64,000 bases of DNA. Origin: Octopus vulgaris. Taxonomy: Eukaryota. This document shows positions 13,993 through 28,639 of the stretch, piece after piece. The notes under the pieces are model-generated. The model did not search any database and was not told the DNA's origin. It saw nothing but the letters and a program-made list of their open reading frames with translations. Each line of letters opens with the position of its first letter. Positions within the stretch are counted from its first letter, which is position 1. Position numbers and translations under genes: made by a program. Location: contig OX597827.1 of the NCBI GenBank assembly GCA_951406725.2, forward strand, positions 47,740,001 through 47,804,000, given 5' to 3'.

Positions 13993-14038
13993 GACCTGTA
14001 TCACAGTGATTTCATACTTACGTACTCATCAGCAGGCC
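13993..14038 (-). ncRNA. Type I hammerhead ribozyme
   Basis: Reverse complement of the motif at 14546-14591. Confidence 0.85.
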
Positions 14039-14545
14039 TGAATGTATCATACATAAACAAACGACCCTGCCCCGCTTAAGTCGATCAGCTAACTGATCAA
14101 CATCAACGAAGCACATGGGTGAGTTTACATATATTACATCCTGTAAATGGCATACTTTTACGAATTGCATTTCGGGAGAGGAAAAGTTTTTTCGGAATAA
14201 AAATTTAGCAATTAAGGACAACTACTTAATAAGGAAAACTTAACAAGAAATTGTCAGGTAGATAGCGTGAAAACCTCATAAGAGAATAAATTTCGAAAAT
14301 AATTATTTCTTATTGAACATATTAATTTATATATAGAGGGCATTATACATACATGCCAGCGGGCATTATACATACATGCCAGCGGGCATTATACATAGAT
14401 GCCACACGCTAAGAGGGACAATTAGTCATTTCTACCAAAAATATTATTAATCCCACCGAGTGCAATTTTTCAAAGTACTGATGTTGATCAGTTAGCTGAT
14501 CGACTTAAGCGGGGCAGGGTCGTTTGTTTATGTATGATACATTCA

Positions 14546-14591
14546 GGCCTGCTGATGAGTACGTAAGTATGAAATCACTGTGATACAGGTC
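14546..14591 (+). ncRNA. Type I hammerhead ribozyme
   Basis: GGCCUG-CUGAUGA-GUAC GUAA GUAU-GAAA-UCAC U GUGA-UA-CAGGUC. Helix I has 6 bp, helix II has a GNRA loop, helix III is quasi-palindromic, and the predicted cut is after 14585. Confidence 0.88.
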
Positions 14592-15024
14592 TATATTTTT
14601 AAATGTCTTACTTTGAAAAATTGCACTCGGTGGGATTAGTAATATTTTTGGTAGAAATGACTAATTGTCCCTCTTAGCGTGTGGCATGTATGTATAATGC
14701 CCGCTGGCATGTATGTATAATGCCCTCTATATATAAATTAATATGTTCAATAAGAAATAATTATTTTCGAAATTTATTCTCTTATGAGGTTTTCACGCTA
14801 TCTACCTGACAATTTCTTGTTAAGTTTTCCTTATTAAGTAGTTGTCCTTAATTGCTAAATTTTTATTCCGAAAAACCTTTTCCTCTCCCGAAATGCAATT
14901 CGTAAAAGTATGCCATTTACAGGATGTAATATATGTAAACTCACCCATGTGCTTCGTTGATGTTGATCAGTTAGCTGATCGACTTAAGCGGGGCAGGGTC
15001 GTTTGTTTATGTATGATACATTCA

Positions 15025-15070
15025 GGCCTGCTGATGAGTACGTAAGTATGAAATCACTGTGATACAGGTC
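15025..15070 (+). ncRNA. Type I hammerhead ribozyme
   Basis: Identical to 14546-14591 and 479 nt downstream; predicted cut after 15064. Confidence 0.88.
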
Positions 15071-15237
15071 TATATTTTTAAATGTCTTACTTTGAAAAAT
15101 TGCACTCGGTGGGATTAGTAATATTTTTGGTAGAAATGACTAATTGTCCCTCTTAGCGTGTGGCATGTATGTATAATGCCCGCTGGCATGTATGTATAAT
15201 GCCCTCTATATATAAAAAAATATATATATATATATAT

Positions 15238-15502
15238 AATATTAGGGAATATTATTCCAAACTTACAGGGACAAATTCAATTTAATGTTAAATCAAATTT
15301 CACAAAATACAATATATGTATATAAATTAGAAAAAAACACCTTTTATCACGTCTAGCCATTTTGCCAATTATATACCTTTTATTTATTATTTTGTACATT
15401 ACTTAATCATCGGTATATGTTTTTATCGTATATTGAATTTATTTCTATATGGTATAATTTAATTATTACATTGTTGAATTGATAAAAGGTGGTTTTGTTC
15501 TA

Positions 15503-15510
<8 letters not shown>
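15238..15510. mobile_element. TA-flanked insert with internal ~30-bp inverted repeat
   Basis: ATATAAATTAGAAAAAAACACCTTTTATCA versus TGATAAAAGGTGGTTTTGTTCTAATTTATAT. Confidence 0.5.
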
Positions 15511-15544
<34 letters not shown>

Positions 15545-15613
15545 AGAGTTTACGAAAAAAACAAAAGACGAAGAGAGGTGGTGTACAAAACAAATGATCA
15601 GGAATAGGAAAAG

Positions 15614-15652
15614 CCTTTTACGTTTCGGGGCCTACGCTCTTCTACAGAAAGG
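15614..15652 (-). ncRNA. Minimal hammerhead-like motif, CUGUAGA core variant, in TA-adjacent element 15541-15748
   Basis: CCUUU-CUGUAGA-A-GAGC GUAG GCCCC-GAAA-CG-UA-AAAGG. Confidence 0.6.
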
Positions 15653-15747
15653 GACACAGAAAAAGAACAAGGAGAGAAACAAGGCGAGAAAAAAATGAGA
15701 GGAAAAAACAAGGAGACAAAAAAATATTTGTAGTGGCTAACGATCTA

Positions 15748-15900
15748 GGCTTCTTTCAGTTTCCTTCTACCATACTCACTTACATGACTTTGGTCGGCCT
15801 GAAGCTGCAGTAGAAGACACCTGCCGAAGGTTCCATGATGTGGGACTGAACCCTGAAGCAAATTGTTGGAAAGCAAGCTTCTTATCCCCACTGCCATACC
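15748..15900 (-). mobile_element. SINE family A, 5' half
   Basis: GGCTTCTTTCAGTTTCC..TAGAAGACAC..TGGGACTGAACC. Confidence 0.75.
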
Positions 15901-16495
15901 TAATATATTGCAATTTGAGTGAAGTTTGGCTGTTATATCTATTAGGTCTAACGGTTACGTGTCTATACCCTTGTTCGTTTGAAACTCTGCAATAATGGGA
16001 AAGTAGCTGTATTCTATTTACAACGAAATAGATTTCTCCATAAAGTAGACATAACTACTATTGAATGCAAAACATATTACACAACTTCAATATTTACGTA
16101 TAACGTCTTATATCAATAAATGATTGGAGTGAAATTTTAAATGAAGAAAGAAATAAAACTAGCATTAGTGTTGAATCGAAGTATATTTCTTGAGAATGTT
16201 TAATGAAACAAGATGACAGTGATTTTAATGCGTTGTGACGTTAGCATCTGAATATGTCGGATTTAAAATCTCCAAGTACGTTAAATATTTTGTCAGTTTT
16301 GAAACTACGGCCGAATATTGAAATGATTCAAGTTTGGCAAATATGAAAAGAAATTAAGAGGAACATTTAAAATCAACTTTCTCATCAATGTTTGTATACA
16401 TGACATTCTCATATAGACTCACAACCATCGACACACATTAAGATAAACACATGCATACATACATGCATACATATATGTCTATAACCATATGTGCC

Positions 16496-16531
<36 letters not shown>

Positions 16532-16702
16532 TACACACATATATATAGGTACACACATATATATATATAGGTACACACATTTAAATGCATGCATATACGC
16601 ATGCACATGCTCATACATACGCACACACACATATACATATATGTATAGCATATAATTTGTATATACTTATGTACAAATGTTTACCCTTACGCGCGCAAAC
16701 AA

Positions 16703-16746
<44 letters not shown>

Positions 16747-16887
16747 TTATGCATATACATAGACCTATTTATGCATATACATAGAAACGCATATGCACCA
16801 ACATAAATATAATGACCACTAGAACTATTACCGTACGCTGTTTATATAATGGATAATAGTTCATTCTACTTTATATATACATCTATG

Positions 16888-16932
<45 letters not shown>

Positions 16933-17083
16933 TCGTGTGTGTGTACGTGGGTCTATGCATTCCCGTAAGTGTGTATGCATGCATTATGCACATATATATG
17001 GATACATACATACGTTCATATATATAGATATATACACATATACACACACACATATATACACTTAGAAACACAATGATATTGGA

Positions 17084-17200
<117 letters not shown>

Positions 17201-18196
17201 AGCAACGCCAAACATTTTAATAATAATAATTGATGAATAGAACCATACGTCATACATTTGGAACCATTTATAGTAAAGTTCGAAAGAAAGAAAGAAATAA
17301 GTATATATCTTAAAATCTTTTCACTTAAAAACTAAGGATAATAAAATATGAAATGTGCCCATTTGTTGTAATAAAACAGCACACACAAAGTATTTTAAAC
17401 GACAACTCGCAGTTCGATGTAATGGGGCATCTCAGCTCTGGGTTGATTGTATCGAAACTTTTAAATGGTGACTCTAGTGAACTTTTAGACGGAGGCTGTA
17501 TTGAACTGATTTTGTTTGGAAGGAAACACCTGAGTAGTGTATATAATTATAGCATCACATATTTGAAGAGCGAACTCAGCGGTCGTTTTAATGATATAGC
17601 TAAGCGTTGATAGCTCTAAATACCACGCTGCTTGTTTTAACATCACAGACTTTTGTTGGTTGTAATAACACAGTTCATCTGTAGCTTAAATATACTCTGC
17701 AGTCTTCTTACTCGTAATGAAACGTTAGATATACGTGTAATGAGACATCTAGCGGTGACAATTACAGTGACTGATGCAGTACATAGGTTGCTGAGCTCAG
17801 CGTGGTTGTAATGACGTGACCTATTTTTGTTTGCAATGTAGCCATTTTCTTGGTTGCGTTAATGACAAGGCTCAGAGATATCGAAATGTGGAACCCTGCG
17901 GTGATTGTAATGAAATTGATAAGTGGTAGTTTTATGGCAGACACAATTATACCTACCTACCTACCTACCTACCTACCTACCTACCTACCTACCTTCCTAC
18001 CTACCTACCTACCTACCTACATACGTACATACATACATACATACATACATGTACATACGTACATACTTACATATATACATACATGCATGTATGTATGTGT
18101 GCGTATGTATACGTACACACACGTGTTGTTGTTTGTGAGGTGGTTCATATTGCCAAACGTATGACGCATAATTCTATACATTAATTATTATTAAAA

Positions 18197-18540
<344 letters not shown>

Positions 18541-19465
18541 GACGTCACACAGTATGCAATATCGTGAGGTTGTTAATTGAAGATAGTGTGTCTGCCGGGG
18601 ATTTGTACTGTTTGTCAAGTCACAACGAGGAAATCAGACAGTATTTTTACGTAATATGCGTGCAGTTCCAAGTAATGCTGACTTTTGCAATACATCTAGA
18701 ATGTAGAGTATTTCTAAGGTTTTTAGATGGGGTTTTTTTCCAGATTGGGTGGTACTGAACCCAATGCTCCGATGACAATAGGGATGGCCTTTATATTTGA
18801 CTCTCGTAGCTGCCACATATTCGCGAACTCAATTCTCAGATCTCCTTATTTATCAACCTCTTCTCTTTCTTTCAAGATGATATATTGATCTCCTGGCACT
18901 GCCACGTCAATTATTAGGTACTCTTGTTTGTCCCTCCTAAAGTTTACTATATCCAACTTTCGGTTCTCTAATATCTTGTCCGTCTGGAAGTGAAAGTCCC
19001 AGAGGAGTTTTGCCTTCCCCTTTTCGTCCATTACCTTTTCCGGTGTATGTTGGTATCAAGCACCCGTAACCTCATATTCATACTTACGGCATTGTAGCTA
19101 GTGGACGTTTTGGGCTACCCTCTCGTATCTACGCTCGTACTGTTTCTGTGTAAGACTTTCACAAGCATTAACAATATGAATTATGCTTTCGATCCCCTTC
19201 CACACATTCTGCAGACTTCTGTTGCACTTGCGTGGTATATATTCATTTTCACTATGTTGGTAATCAATGCCTGGTCCTGGGCAGCGATGATTAAGATTTC
19301 AGTATTCTTTTTAGGTTACCCTTGTTAAACCACCCCTATGATTCTTCCTGATCTTTTAACTTGTTCGTTTCACAGTGTAAATGACCATGATATTCCATGC
19401 GGAGTAGGCTCTTCTTGTTCGGAATTCATGAGCACCCTCAAGTCCATTTTTGTTAAATTTTTCAG
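18541..19465 (-). mobile_element. R4/Dong-clade retrotransposon 3' fragment
   Basis: Peptides AAQDQAL, KLLWDFHFQTDKILENRKLDIV..YLIIDVAVPGD and LQKSALLGTARILRK (REL domain). (ATT)n on both sides. Confidence 0.85.
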
Positions 19466-19538
<73 letters not shown>

Positions 19539-19550
19539 TAATATTATTAT

Positions 19551-20070
19551 AACTTTTGCACAGCTTTTAATGCTGGAGATGTATTACAGTGTCAGCCGTA
19601 CACTAACAGTGAACTAAGGTAACACTTCTTATTGTTCGAGCACCTTGCAGTGTATTCAAGCGGTTCCAAGCAGTGCTGTATTCTGCAAGTGCTCCACCCT
19701 TATTGTTGCCCCTATTTCTTCCACATACTTCTCAAGATTTTTGCAAACTGTTCCCAGGGCTCCAACGATCATTGGTACTACCACTACTTTTTTCATCGAC
19801 TACAACTGCTTAACATCCCAAGCTAACCTGTTATATCTCTCGACTTTTCTTTCTTCCTTATCGTATACCTTGTTGTCAGCTGGTCATGCTATATCTATGA
19901 TCCAGCATAGTTTGTTTTCTTTCTCAATTAAGACTATATCTTGCTTCCTGTTCCCTATCTCCTGGTCGCACTGAATCATAAAATTCCATAGGATCTTTGC
20001 ATTTCTATTTTCGGCGATGCCTTTAGATTCGTGGTCGTACAAACATTTTGCTCTTTCAAATCCATATATG
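19551..20070 (-). mobile_element. R4/Dong-clade retrotransposon 3' fragment
   Basis: ENRNAKILWNFMIQCDQEIGNRKQDIVLIEKENKLCWIIDIA and EHLQNTALLGTA. (ATT)n on both sides. Confidence 0.85.
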
Positions 20071-20112
20071 ATTTTTATTATTATTGTTGTTATTATTGTT
20101 ATAATTATTATA

Positions 20113-20186
<74 letters not shown>

Positions 20187-20223
20187 CATCTTCATCATCA
20201 TCATCATCATCATCATTATTATT

Positions 20224-20512
20224 CAGCAGTCTAATTTTTATCACGTGCTGTTATTGCACAACCGAGCGTAGCTCTGTGTGCCCTGGGTATAGGCTGTGGT
20301 TTGTTGTGATGCTCTTATTTTTACTGTATTGAGTGTTTTACGTAGGATGTGTGCAGTGCTTAGTAATGCTATTTTCTGTATGTTATATATATATATATTT
20401 ATTTATTTATTTATTTTATAGAAGGAGCTTCAACAGGACTAGAACTGTTTCATTCTCTGCCATGTATTGAGTACCTTATTTACAGTGGTTAACCCCGACT
20501 CAACCCGGGACC

Positions 20513-20580
<68 letters not shown>

Positions 20581-20601
20581 TCTTTATGTATATACATTTA
20601 T

Positions 20602-20642
<41 letters not shown>

Positions 20643-20865
20643 ATTCCTGGTATTTTTATTATGTATTTGTCTGAATATTTTTTTATCATACCTAACGCGC
20701 CTACAGTGATAGAAATTGTTTCTGTTTTTAAACTTCCCATTCGAGTTACCTCTAGTTCCTACTCTTTGTACTCTGATAGCTTCTCGATTTCTTTTACAGA
20801 CACGTTGTCATCTGTTGGTATTGATATTCCCATTAGAAAGCATTTTTTTCTTGATGATCTCTGAC

Positions 20866-20920
<55 letters not shown>

Positions 20921-21345
20921 TCTTAATTTCTCAATCTGTGTGTATTGGTATATTCAAATGTATGATTGCTTACTTATTTTCTATGACTTCTTCTGGCCTG
21001 TGCTTATATCATCTTTCTTTGGTTATTCCATAGTTTTGGCATTGCTTCCAGCGTATATAGATCTCTGTCGTGTCTGTGAATACATTCCTTCTTAGCCAGG
21101 ACATGGCAGCCAGAGACAATATGGTTTATTGTTTCTTCTCCATCTCCAGATTCTGCAGTTACTTGTTATCTTTTTTTTTTTACTAAATGTCTTTGGTAAT
21201 TTCTGGTGTGGAAGCTTTAGCCTTGCGTTGCAATTAGAAATTCTTCTGTCGCTGCTTTGAGTCCTGAGCTTCTCAGCCATCGATGGGATTTTGCTTTGTG
21301 TATTTTTTCTCTTACGTTTAATCCAGTAGGGCCACAAGTACTAAT
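20224..21345 (-). mobile_element. R4/Dong-clade fragment interrupted by (TA)n tracts and a small insert
   Basis: [43 protein letters not shown] and a zinc-knuckle remnant near 21100-21160. Confidence 0.8.
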
Positions 21346-22399
21346 GGGAATTATATCCTATGTAAAATCACTCGAAAAGGCTATAAAACTTGGAACATAG
21401 TATGCCAGTTAAAATGTACTGAGGGTGAGTACACACAATGTATCGCATTTTAACTTGGTGAAAATGCAAGTAGCGTGGTTGAGAAGATGGAGGACACTAG
21501 CAAGAATATACAGACTGAAATTTTCAGTTGAATCTGTAACAGCATGTATATGACAATATGGCGATATTTTGTATAACATAAAAAATAAAATGTGTATAAC
21601 CCAGCATTAAAACAAATTCATGTAACCTTAAACAAAACAGGAAAAGACCGATGTAAAAAGGAAAAAAAGAATAGCAATAACCCTACTACTGCAACACATA
21701 GACATAAATCTCGCCTTCATCAAATTTTAGGGCGATCCGTGTCCAAGCGTGTGTGTACATATGAGCATGCGAAACGTGAATGTTTACACGTGCGCAAATT
21801 TATAATTATCTAGATATGAAATTGATTCTACGCCTGTCTTTTCATTGGCACGACTCCTCTACTCATATAATGTAACAGGTTCACCTCTCTGCCTTAATTT
21901 TCAAATATTTTATTTCCTTAACCGTTCCGGCATTTTGACTGTCAAAATGCTATGGTTTTACCACATGGGGTGAATATCAAACTTTTGAAAATTACTCTTG
22001 CAATATTGAGTAACTTGTTGAATAAGGACGTGTTCTTTATTATTTGCTACGATGGTATAATAGTTTTTCCTATTTTGATGGAATAGTTTTCGACGAGTTT
22101 TGTATATTAATTTTACAAGGTGATAAACAGTATTTGTTACAAGAAGGTTTCTCTTAATAGGTTCATCATAATTTTTTCACTGGAGGCTTTTAACTTGTAG
22201 TGGGTTTAATTTCTCAATATATTTTATTTACGTTTACATGTTTCCTTTGTTGAAATATGTGTTTGTGGGAATTTATCGTTTATAATGTACAAGCAGTGTC
22301 ACCCAGTGTTGCTTGGGTTTGTTTCGACGCTTTAGAATTGGAATTTTTGAAAAGTAAAAATTTTGCATTATGCAACTTGTTCTTCTCTTCAAGTGAACA

Positions 22400-22678
22400 T
22401 TTTTGCAGTTGAAATAGACCGAAAATGGTAACACAGCAGTCAAAAATCGTAAAAAATTGGGATTTTCATAGAAAAAAAGCACCTTTTTGATGTAAATAAT
22501 ATTTGGTGTTAACATGGTCCGATTTGAATTTTATCTTCTACAGAATGAAGAGCAAGCCTTCTTCTATCATACTCTCAATTTTGGTCAACTTGCGTTGCAG
22601 GGTCTCGAAGGAGATAGTGTTAGTTGAAGGCTACCAAACCTGTCACACACAGACAACTTCAGCTTTATATATAGAGAT
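22400..22678 (+). mobile_element. Helentron/HINE-like element 3' part (putative; start uncertain)
   Basis: Ends CACACACAGACAACTTCAGCTTTATATATAGAGAT. Confidence 0.4.
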
Positions 22679-22727
22679 TTGTTACACACTACTTTCCATC
22701 CTTAATAATGAAACTTGGTAGATCCAA

Positions 22728-23400
22728 AAGTTAAACACACAGACACACACACAGATACACACACAGACACACAAGTTGAGTTATATATATATAGATTTCT
22801 CAACGGGGATTTCAGGGGAGAGTTTCAGGGAGTCGCTGGCGATGTATCGTGATGATCAAAAATCCGACCTGCTAAAATTTAGTTAAAGTGATTCAAACTG
22901 CAGACTCAAGCCAAAATGGTCACATTTAATTGAAAGCGTTAAAAATATTATGAAAACAATTGGTATGTATTCACAAACTCCAAACGATTAATACGAAAAA
23001 ACCCTCCAGGCAACATCCCGAAAATTCATTTCTTTGCTGAATTTCTACAATGTTTACGGTGATTCGTTTTTATATCTTGATTTTGTAAAATTTTTCATGC
23101 AATTTACGCATGCTTGCACGCGTGGTGAACACAGTTCACGTCAAACAGCTGACTGAGTAAAGTTCACTATTCAATGCATGGGATAAGGCCTAAACAACCA
23201 CATTATTGATTTTTGCACTTGCGAGATGAATTTAGGAACAGAAATAGCGCAGTTCAATTTCCATTCGCCTAAACATTAAGTGACCCATTTTTGGTGGTTC
23301 TATGATTTGTTGGTTAGGAGGATATGTGCCGGAAGTTAAACACACAGACACACACACAGATACACACACATATACACAAGTTGAGTTTTATATATATAGA
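22728..23400 (+). mobile_element. Helentron/HINE-like element with duplicated 68-bp 3' end
   Basis: 22728-22795 is nearly identical to 23333-23400 (AAGTTAAACACACAGAC...AAGTTGAGTT.TATATATATAGA). Confidence 0.5.
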
Positions 23401-24007
23401 AGTTTCCATGGCTATAAATAATTCATCCTAATCATGAATATACATATTAAGATCTAGATATGTAGGTAGGAAACTTGAGTATAGAGCTATATATTCGTTG
23501 CATACGCATATGATATATGAGTGTAGGTATACAATCTACGTCGATATATGAAAATAAACCGTGCATCATTCAACTACTGGAGTAGAATAATATTCTTAAG
23601 ACCGCAATTTACTCGCACGCAGCATCTTTCAGAGTTTGGCGCTAATTCAGTCCTTAACCAAATTGAAAGCTACATTTTGACATAAAAAATTGAGATTTCG
23701 TCCAGTAAAAAAAAAAGTTACATCAAAATATGTAGCAACGTTATAGGAGAGTAAGTAACGCCTCCAATCAAGTTTAGATCTAGATAATATTTTTATATTA
23801 GCTTCAATGATAGAAGAAAGAATGAGGAATTTTAAGGTTGAGGTTCCGTGCAACAGAAATTGCGTGTTTACATGCCCGTAGTTTATTGGTTTAGTTAGAA
23901 CTTTAGAAAAATACATTGGATTGTTGATCTGTTCGACTAAATTCTCCAAAGCAGTGCCCGAAACAGCGCTATTTAAGCACAAAATCAAGTTAAAGTACAT
24001 ATTTCTC

Positions 24008-24102
<95 letters not shown>

Positions 24103-24354
24103 ACCTATCTATCCATCTATCTATCTATAATGGAGAGATATACGTTCCTAGAGTTGTATAGCACATTCATTCAAGCCCACACACATACAGACACATGCAA
24201 TTATACAAGCAGACACATAAATCGATATATCTGCAAACACACACACATACAAACGTACATATAATTATATAAGTGAAGCGAACGTCTTGCCACATGTGTC
24301 GATCAGTGTTCGAAATTAGGAGTAGATAGAAAGCCGGCAACTCATGAGAAGTCA

Positions 24355-24573
<219 letters not shown>

Positions 24574-24612
24574 ATGTGTGTGTGTTTATGTATACACATA
24601 TTTATATATATA

Positions 24613-24772
24613 TGCGAAAGAGTGGCTGTGTGGTAAGTAGCTGGTTTATCGACAACATGGTTCCTGGTTCAGTCCCACTGTGTTGCACCTTGCCTGCTAC
24701 TATAGCTGCTGGCCGACTAAAGCCTTGTGAGTAGATTTGGTAGATGGAAACTGAAAGAAGCCCGTCGTATAT
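24613..24772 (+). mobile_element. SINE family A, 5' half
   Basis: GAGTGGCTGTGTGGTAAGTAGC..GGTTCAGTCCCACTG..GGAAACTGAAAGAAGCCCGTCG. Confidence 0.85.
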
Positions 24773-24788
24773 ATGCATATACATATTC

Positions 24789-24869
<81 letters not shown>

Positions 24870-25727
24870 TGTGCTATTAAGTTTGGTAATTCTCGTGCAC
24901 TGTTTACGTTAGTTGACTTCATGTTTCTATATTCATATTGTTGCACCCATCGTCATATGGTATTTAATTGTTATCTAATCAATTTGCTTTCAAACTGACA
25001 TTTTGTTTACACTAAAGGAGGAAACTATAAAACTAATCTTATATGAATATCAAGCATGGAGCCAAGAGCACTTGTTATTCGTGTGAAAATATTTATTAAC
25101 ACATAATTATAGCATATCCGATTATCACGATGTAAAATAAAGATACGCAACAGGCCATGCTATTATTGTAATTGTTTCATGTCTCTATCACAAATACTTA
25201 AAATATTTCTGTAAACATTCAAACAACAAGGGGAACAGGTATGGAATAGGTTAGGATTGTGGTTCGTGAGACGAGGAAACAATACGAAAGATTAAAGTAA
25301 ATGTTGGCAAAATTCGCAGCCACATTGCAACAGCTGTTAAAATGAGAATAGCAGCACTACGGATCGAACGTCAGATGGCTTATTGTAATTGAGAAAATCT
25401 GATAAATTTAAATATTTTCGAAAATTACAAATACGCGTCTTACTTATAGAAAGCAAAGAAAAAAGATAATCTGATATTTAGTGCGTGTGAATTTTGTAGA
25501 AAAACTTCATGTAGCATATGCACTTATTTTTTCAAAAATGCAAGAATGGACTATAAATAATAAAAATGCAAGAATAGATTGACTAATAGGAGACACGTGG
25601 GATGGACAGTCGCTGAAGAGGTCATAGGCGGCGTGACGAAATATTACCAGAGAAAAGACATAACATTAGAATAATAATAAGTCTGAAGTGAAGAACATAT
25701 ATACAAGGCGTATGTTTATTTACAATA

Positions 25728-26170
<443 letters not shown>

Positions 26171-26967
26171 AAGAAGAGAATAAATAAATAAATAAATAAA
26201 TAAATAAAAAATAAATAAATGACCATCCTGGAATATAAAAATATCTGTTTCAACACATTATTTCACATCAGGAATCTTGCAGAACAAATGCATAAATGTA
26301 ACGTTTAGCGAATTTGTACAGCAATTTGGACTTAAGCAGGTTCGATCCCACTATCTGGCCTCTTTAGTGATGTGTATTCTACTGGAGCATCATGTCATTT
26401 CAAGCATCGTGGGTAAAAATGAGTAAATAGGAACAGCGTAGAAGTTCGTCACATGCTAAATATCGATGACTGAAAATGCGAAGCGTTGCATATCATATGT
26501 CACATTAATACTGTCTTATCAGTAAACAAATGTGTACAACGTTCTCTGGAATATGCAAGCTAATTTAACAAGTCGTATTTGTATGTCTTGATCAAAAATT
26601 CACGTTCGCATAAGGATGAGAGAGAGAGAGAAGGAAAACATAAGTTGGCCGAAATTTAGTTGGGACGTGTGAATTATTCAGACACTGATTTTTTATGAGA
26701 TAAGAAACAAGAATTGCAATCTCTGCGGTATGTTTTTTCTCAACTAATTCCGTCTCAGAAATCTTAGTTTTGAATCGACATGAGGAAGGAATTTCTTCTT
26801 AAATGATTCATCGTACTTGTTTCAGCGAGTCAACATGAAGTTACGAAAATGCTGAATTTCTGAATAATTTACAATAAAGTTTTGATGTTGGCTGAATATA
26901 ACAAACTCTGTGTTGGACTGTTCCAGGTAGTTAAAAAGAAAACAATTTAATGATATGTATCTACCTA

Positions 26968-27360
26968 TGCGCAAGAGTGGCTGTGTGGTAAGAAGTTTGC
27001 TTCCCAAACGCATGGTTCTGTGTTCAGTCCTACTGCGTGGAACGTTGGGCAAGTGTTTCCGACGAAACCCTCGGACCGACCGAGAAAAACATACTATGTC
27101 CGCGCTGACAAATTGGTAAAATTCATTTTATTATTATTATTATTATTTTATATATATGTATATTTATATATGTATGTGTGTCTGTGTTTGTCTCCCCACC
27201 ATTGTTTGACAACCGATTTTGTCGTGTTTACGTCCCTGTAACCTAGTGGAATAAATACCAGGCTTACAAAGGGTAAATCTTGGGGGCGATTTGTTCAACT
27301 AAAAGCGGTGCCCCGGCATAACCGCAGTCAAATGACTGAAGCATGTAAAAGAATAAAAGA
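26968..27360 (+). mobile_element. SINE family A
   Basis: GAGTGGCTGTGTGGTAAG ... CCGCAGTCAAATGACTGAA. Confidence 0.8.
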
Positions 27361-27373
27361 TCTATATACATAT

Positions 27374-27419
<46 letters not shown>

Positions 27420-28639
27420 CGTATGCGGGCATGTACATGCGTACATGACACATCCATACATGCGTACAAGCATATATTTGCAGAATATGTCGAAATCATA
27501 TGACAAAAATAATACAAATTTGGATTGCGTAATGACTTAATTGCTTACTTATGAATTCAAATTAAATTCAAATGCAGTCAATTTAAACTTCTTAGCTTTA
27601 GAAATTAAAATATGGAGCATTAAATTGTATTCATTGTATACATGTATGTATATGAGAGCGTCTACGTGCATAATCCGCACGCATACATGCATTTCTTCAT
27701 AGATTTTGGCTGATTCCTGTTCATGGTAATTTCTGAAATAATTTTCATATTATTTTACTTTCTGTTATTTATACTGCTTTAAATATGAGATTTCATTTAA
27801 ACTAGAGCCTAATTATAAACTATAATTAAATAACATTTAGGAATTTGAGAATAAATAAGTTCTTTGTTACTCCGCATGCTATAGCGAGTCGACGTAAAAT
27901 GGTACCCAGTTTGGTATCAGATGAACAGCGATGCATAATCACGTCGCTTTCGACAACCAATCGGCATTAATGCATATACACAAAAGCTTTGGGTACCAGT
28001 AATTATTGAGGCCCATGTACTTCACATCTGTTACTGAAGAAGTAGTAGTGGTTCTTGTATATAAGCATGTACATGTTATTTGTAATAATGAATTATTATG
28101 TTACAAAAAAAATATTCGACACCCCATGCATGATCTGTGCATCTTGGAAAAGATAAGTATACATTTTTTAACGAACAGTCAAAGACTTGAAAAGGATGCA
28201 AAGCAATCTGGCGTAGAATGATTTGTCACTGTTTCTCAGAAAGATGAGTGGAGACCGCAAAAATAATCCAGAAAAAAAAGAGAAACAAAAAGCGGCCATC
28301 TTAAACTATATACCATTAGAATAGCTCTAACCAAGCATTAGATGATATGAATAGAAATCCCCCCCCCAAAAAAAAAAATTATTAGATTTAGTTTAAGAAA
28401 TGAATCTATAAACTTATTATTAAACGGAAAACTAAGTAATATGAAATAATACCAAGAAAGTCATCCATATATGAATGCCAAACTTAAATATTCTTCAGAT
28501 CAAGAAACGAAGATGGATTGCAACAAGTTGTCAGAAAGTCATAAATAGTGATGAGATCAAAATTTCAGTTACACAGAGCGATGGATTGAAATATGAGTTG
28601 TATACCAAACGTTTAGTTAGTGTAATTCTTAATTTTCTT

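Larger units (their letters stand above)
13727..15214. mobile_element. 479-bp HHR-containing unit in partial tandem plus inverted arrangement (Penelope pseudo-LTR / retrozyme-like), inserted in (TA)n
   Basis: Period is 479 (13728/14207; 14552/15031), with an inversion junction near 14477. Copies are near-identical and there is TA on both sides. Confidence 0.9.

Noticed and set aside
13855-14405. Short direct repeats resembling a CRISPR array
   Set aside because: They are adjacent tandem ~22-mers without spacers, in eukaryotic context with no cas genes.
14018-15045. Duplicated 67-aa ORF MSLIAKFLFRK... on both strands
   Set aside because: It is a by-product of the 479-bp repeat, starts at TTG, has no recognisable domain and runs into the ribozyme.
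20418-20515. Small TA-flanked insert with GAAA-CAG-UU-CUAG on the minus strand
   Set aside because: Only a possible 3' half of a hammerhead; the core is missing.
25613-25650. CUGAAGA-G-GUCA..UGAC-GAAA-UAUU hammerhead-like core
   Set aside because: No helix I pairing between the flanks and no TA or repeat context; chance or heavily decayed.
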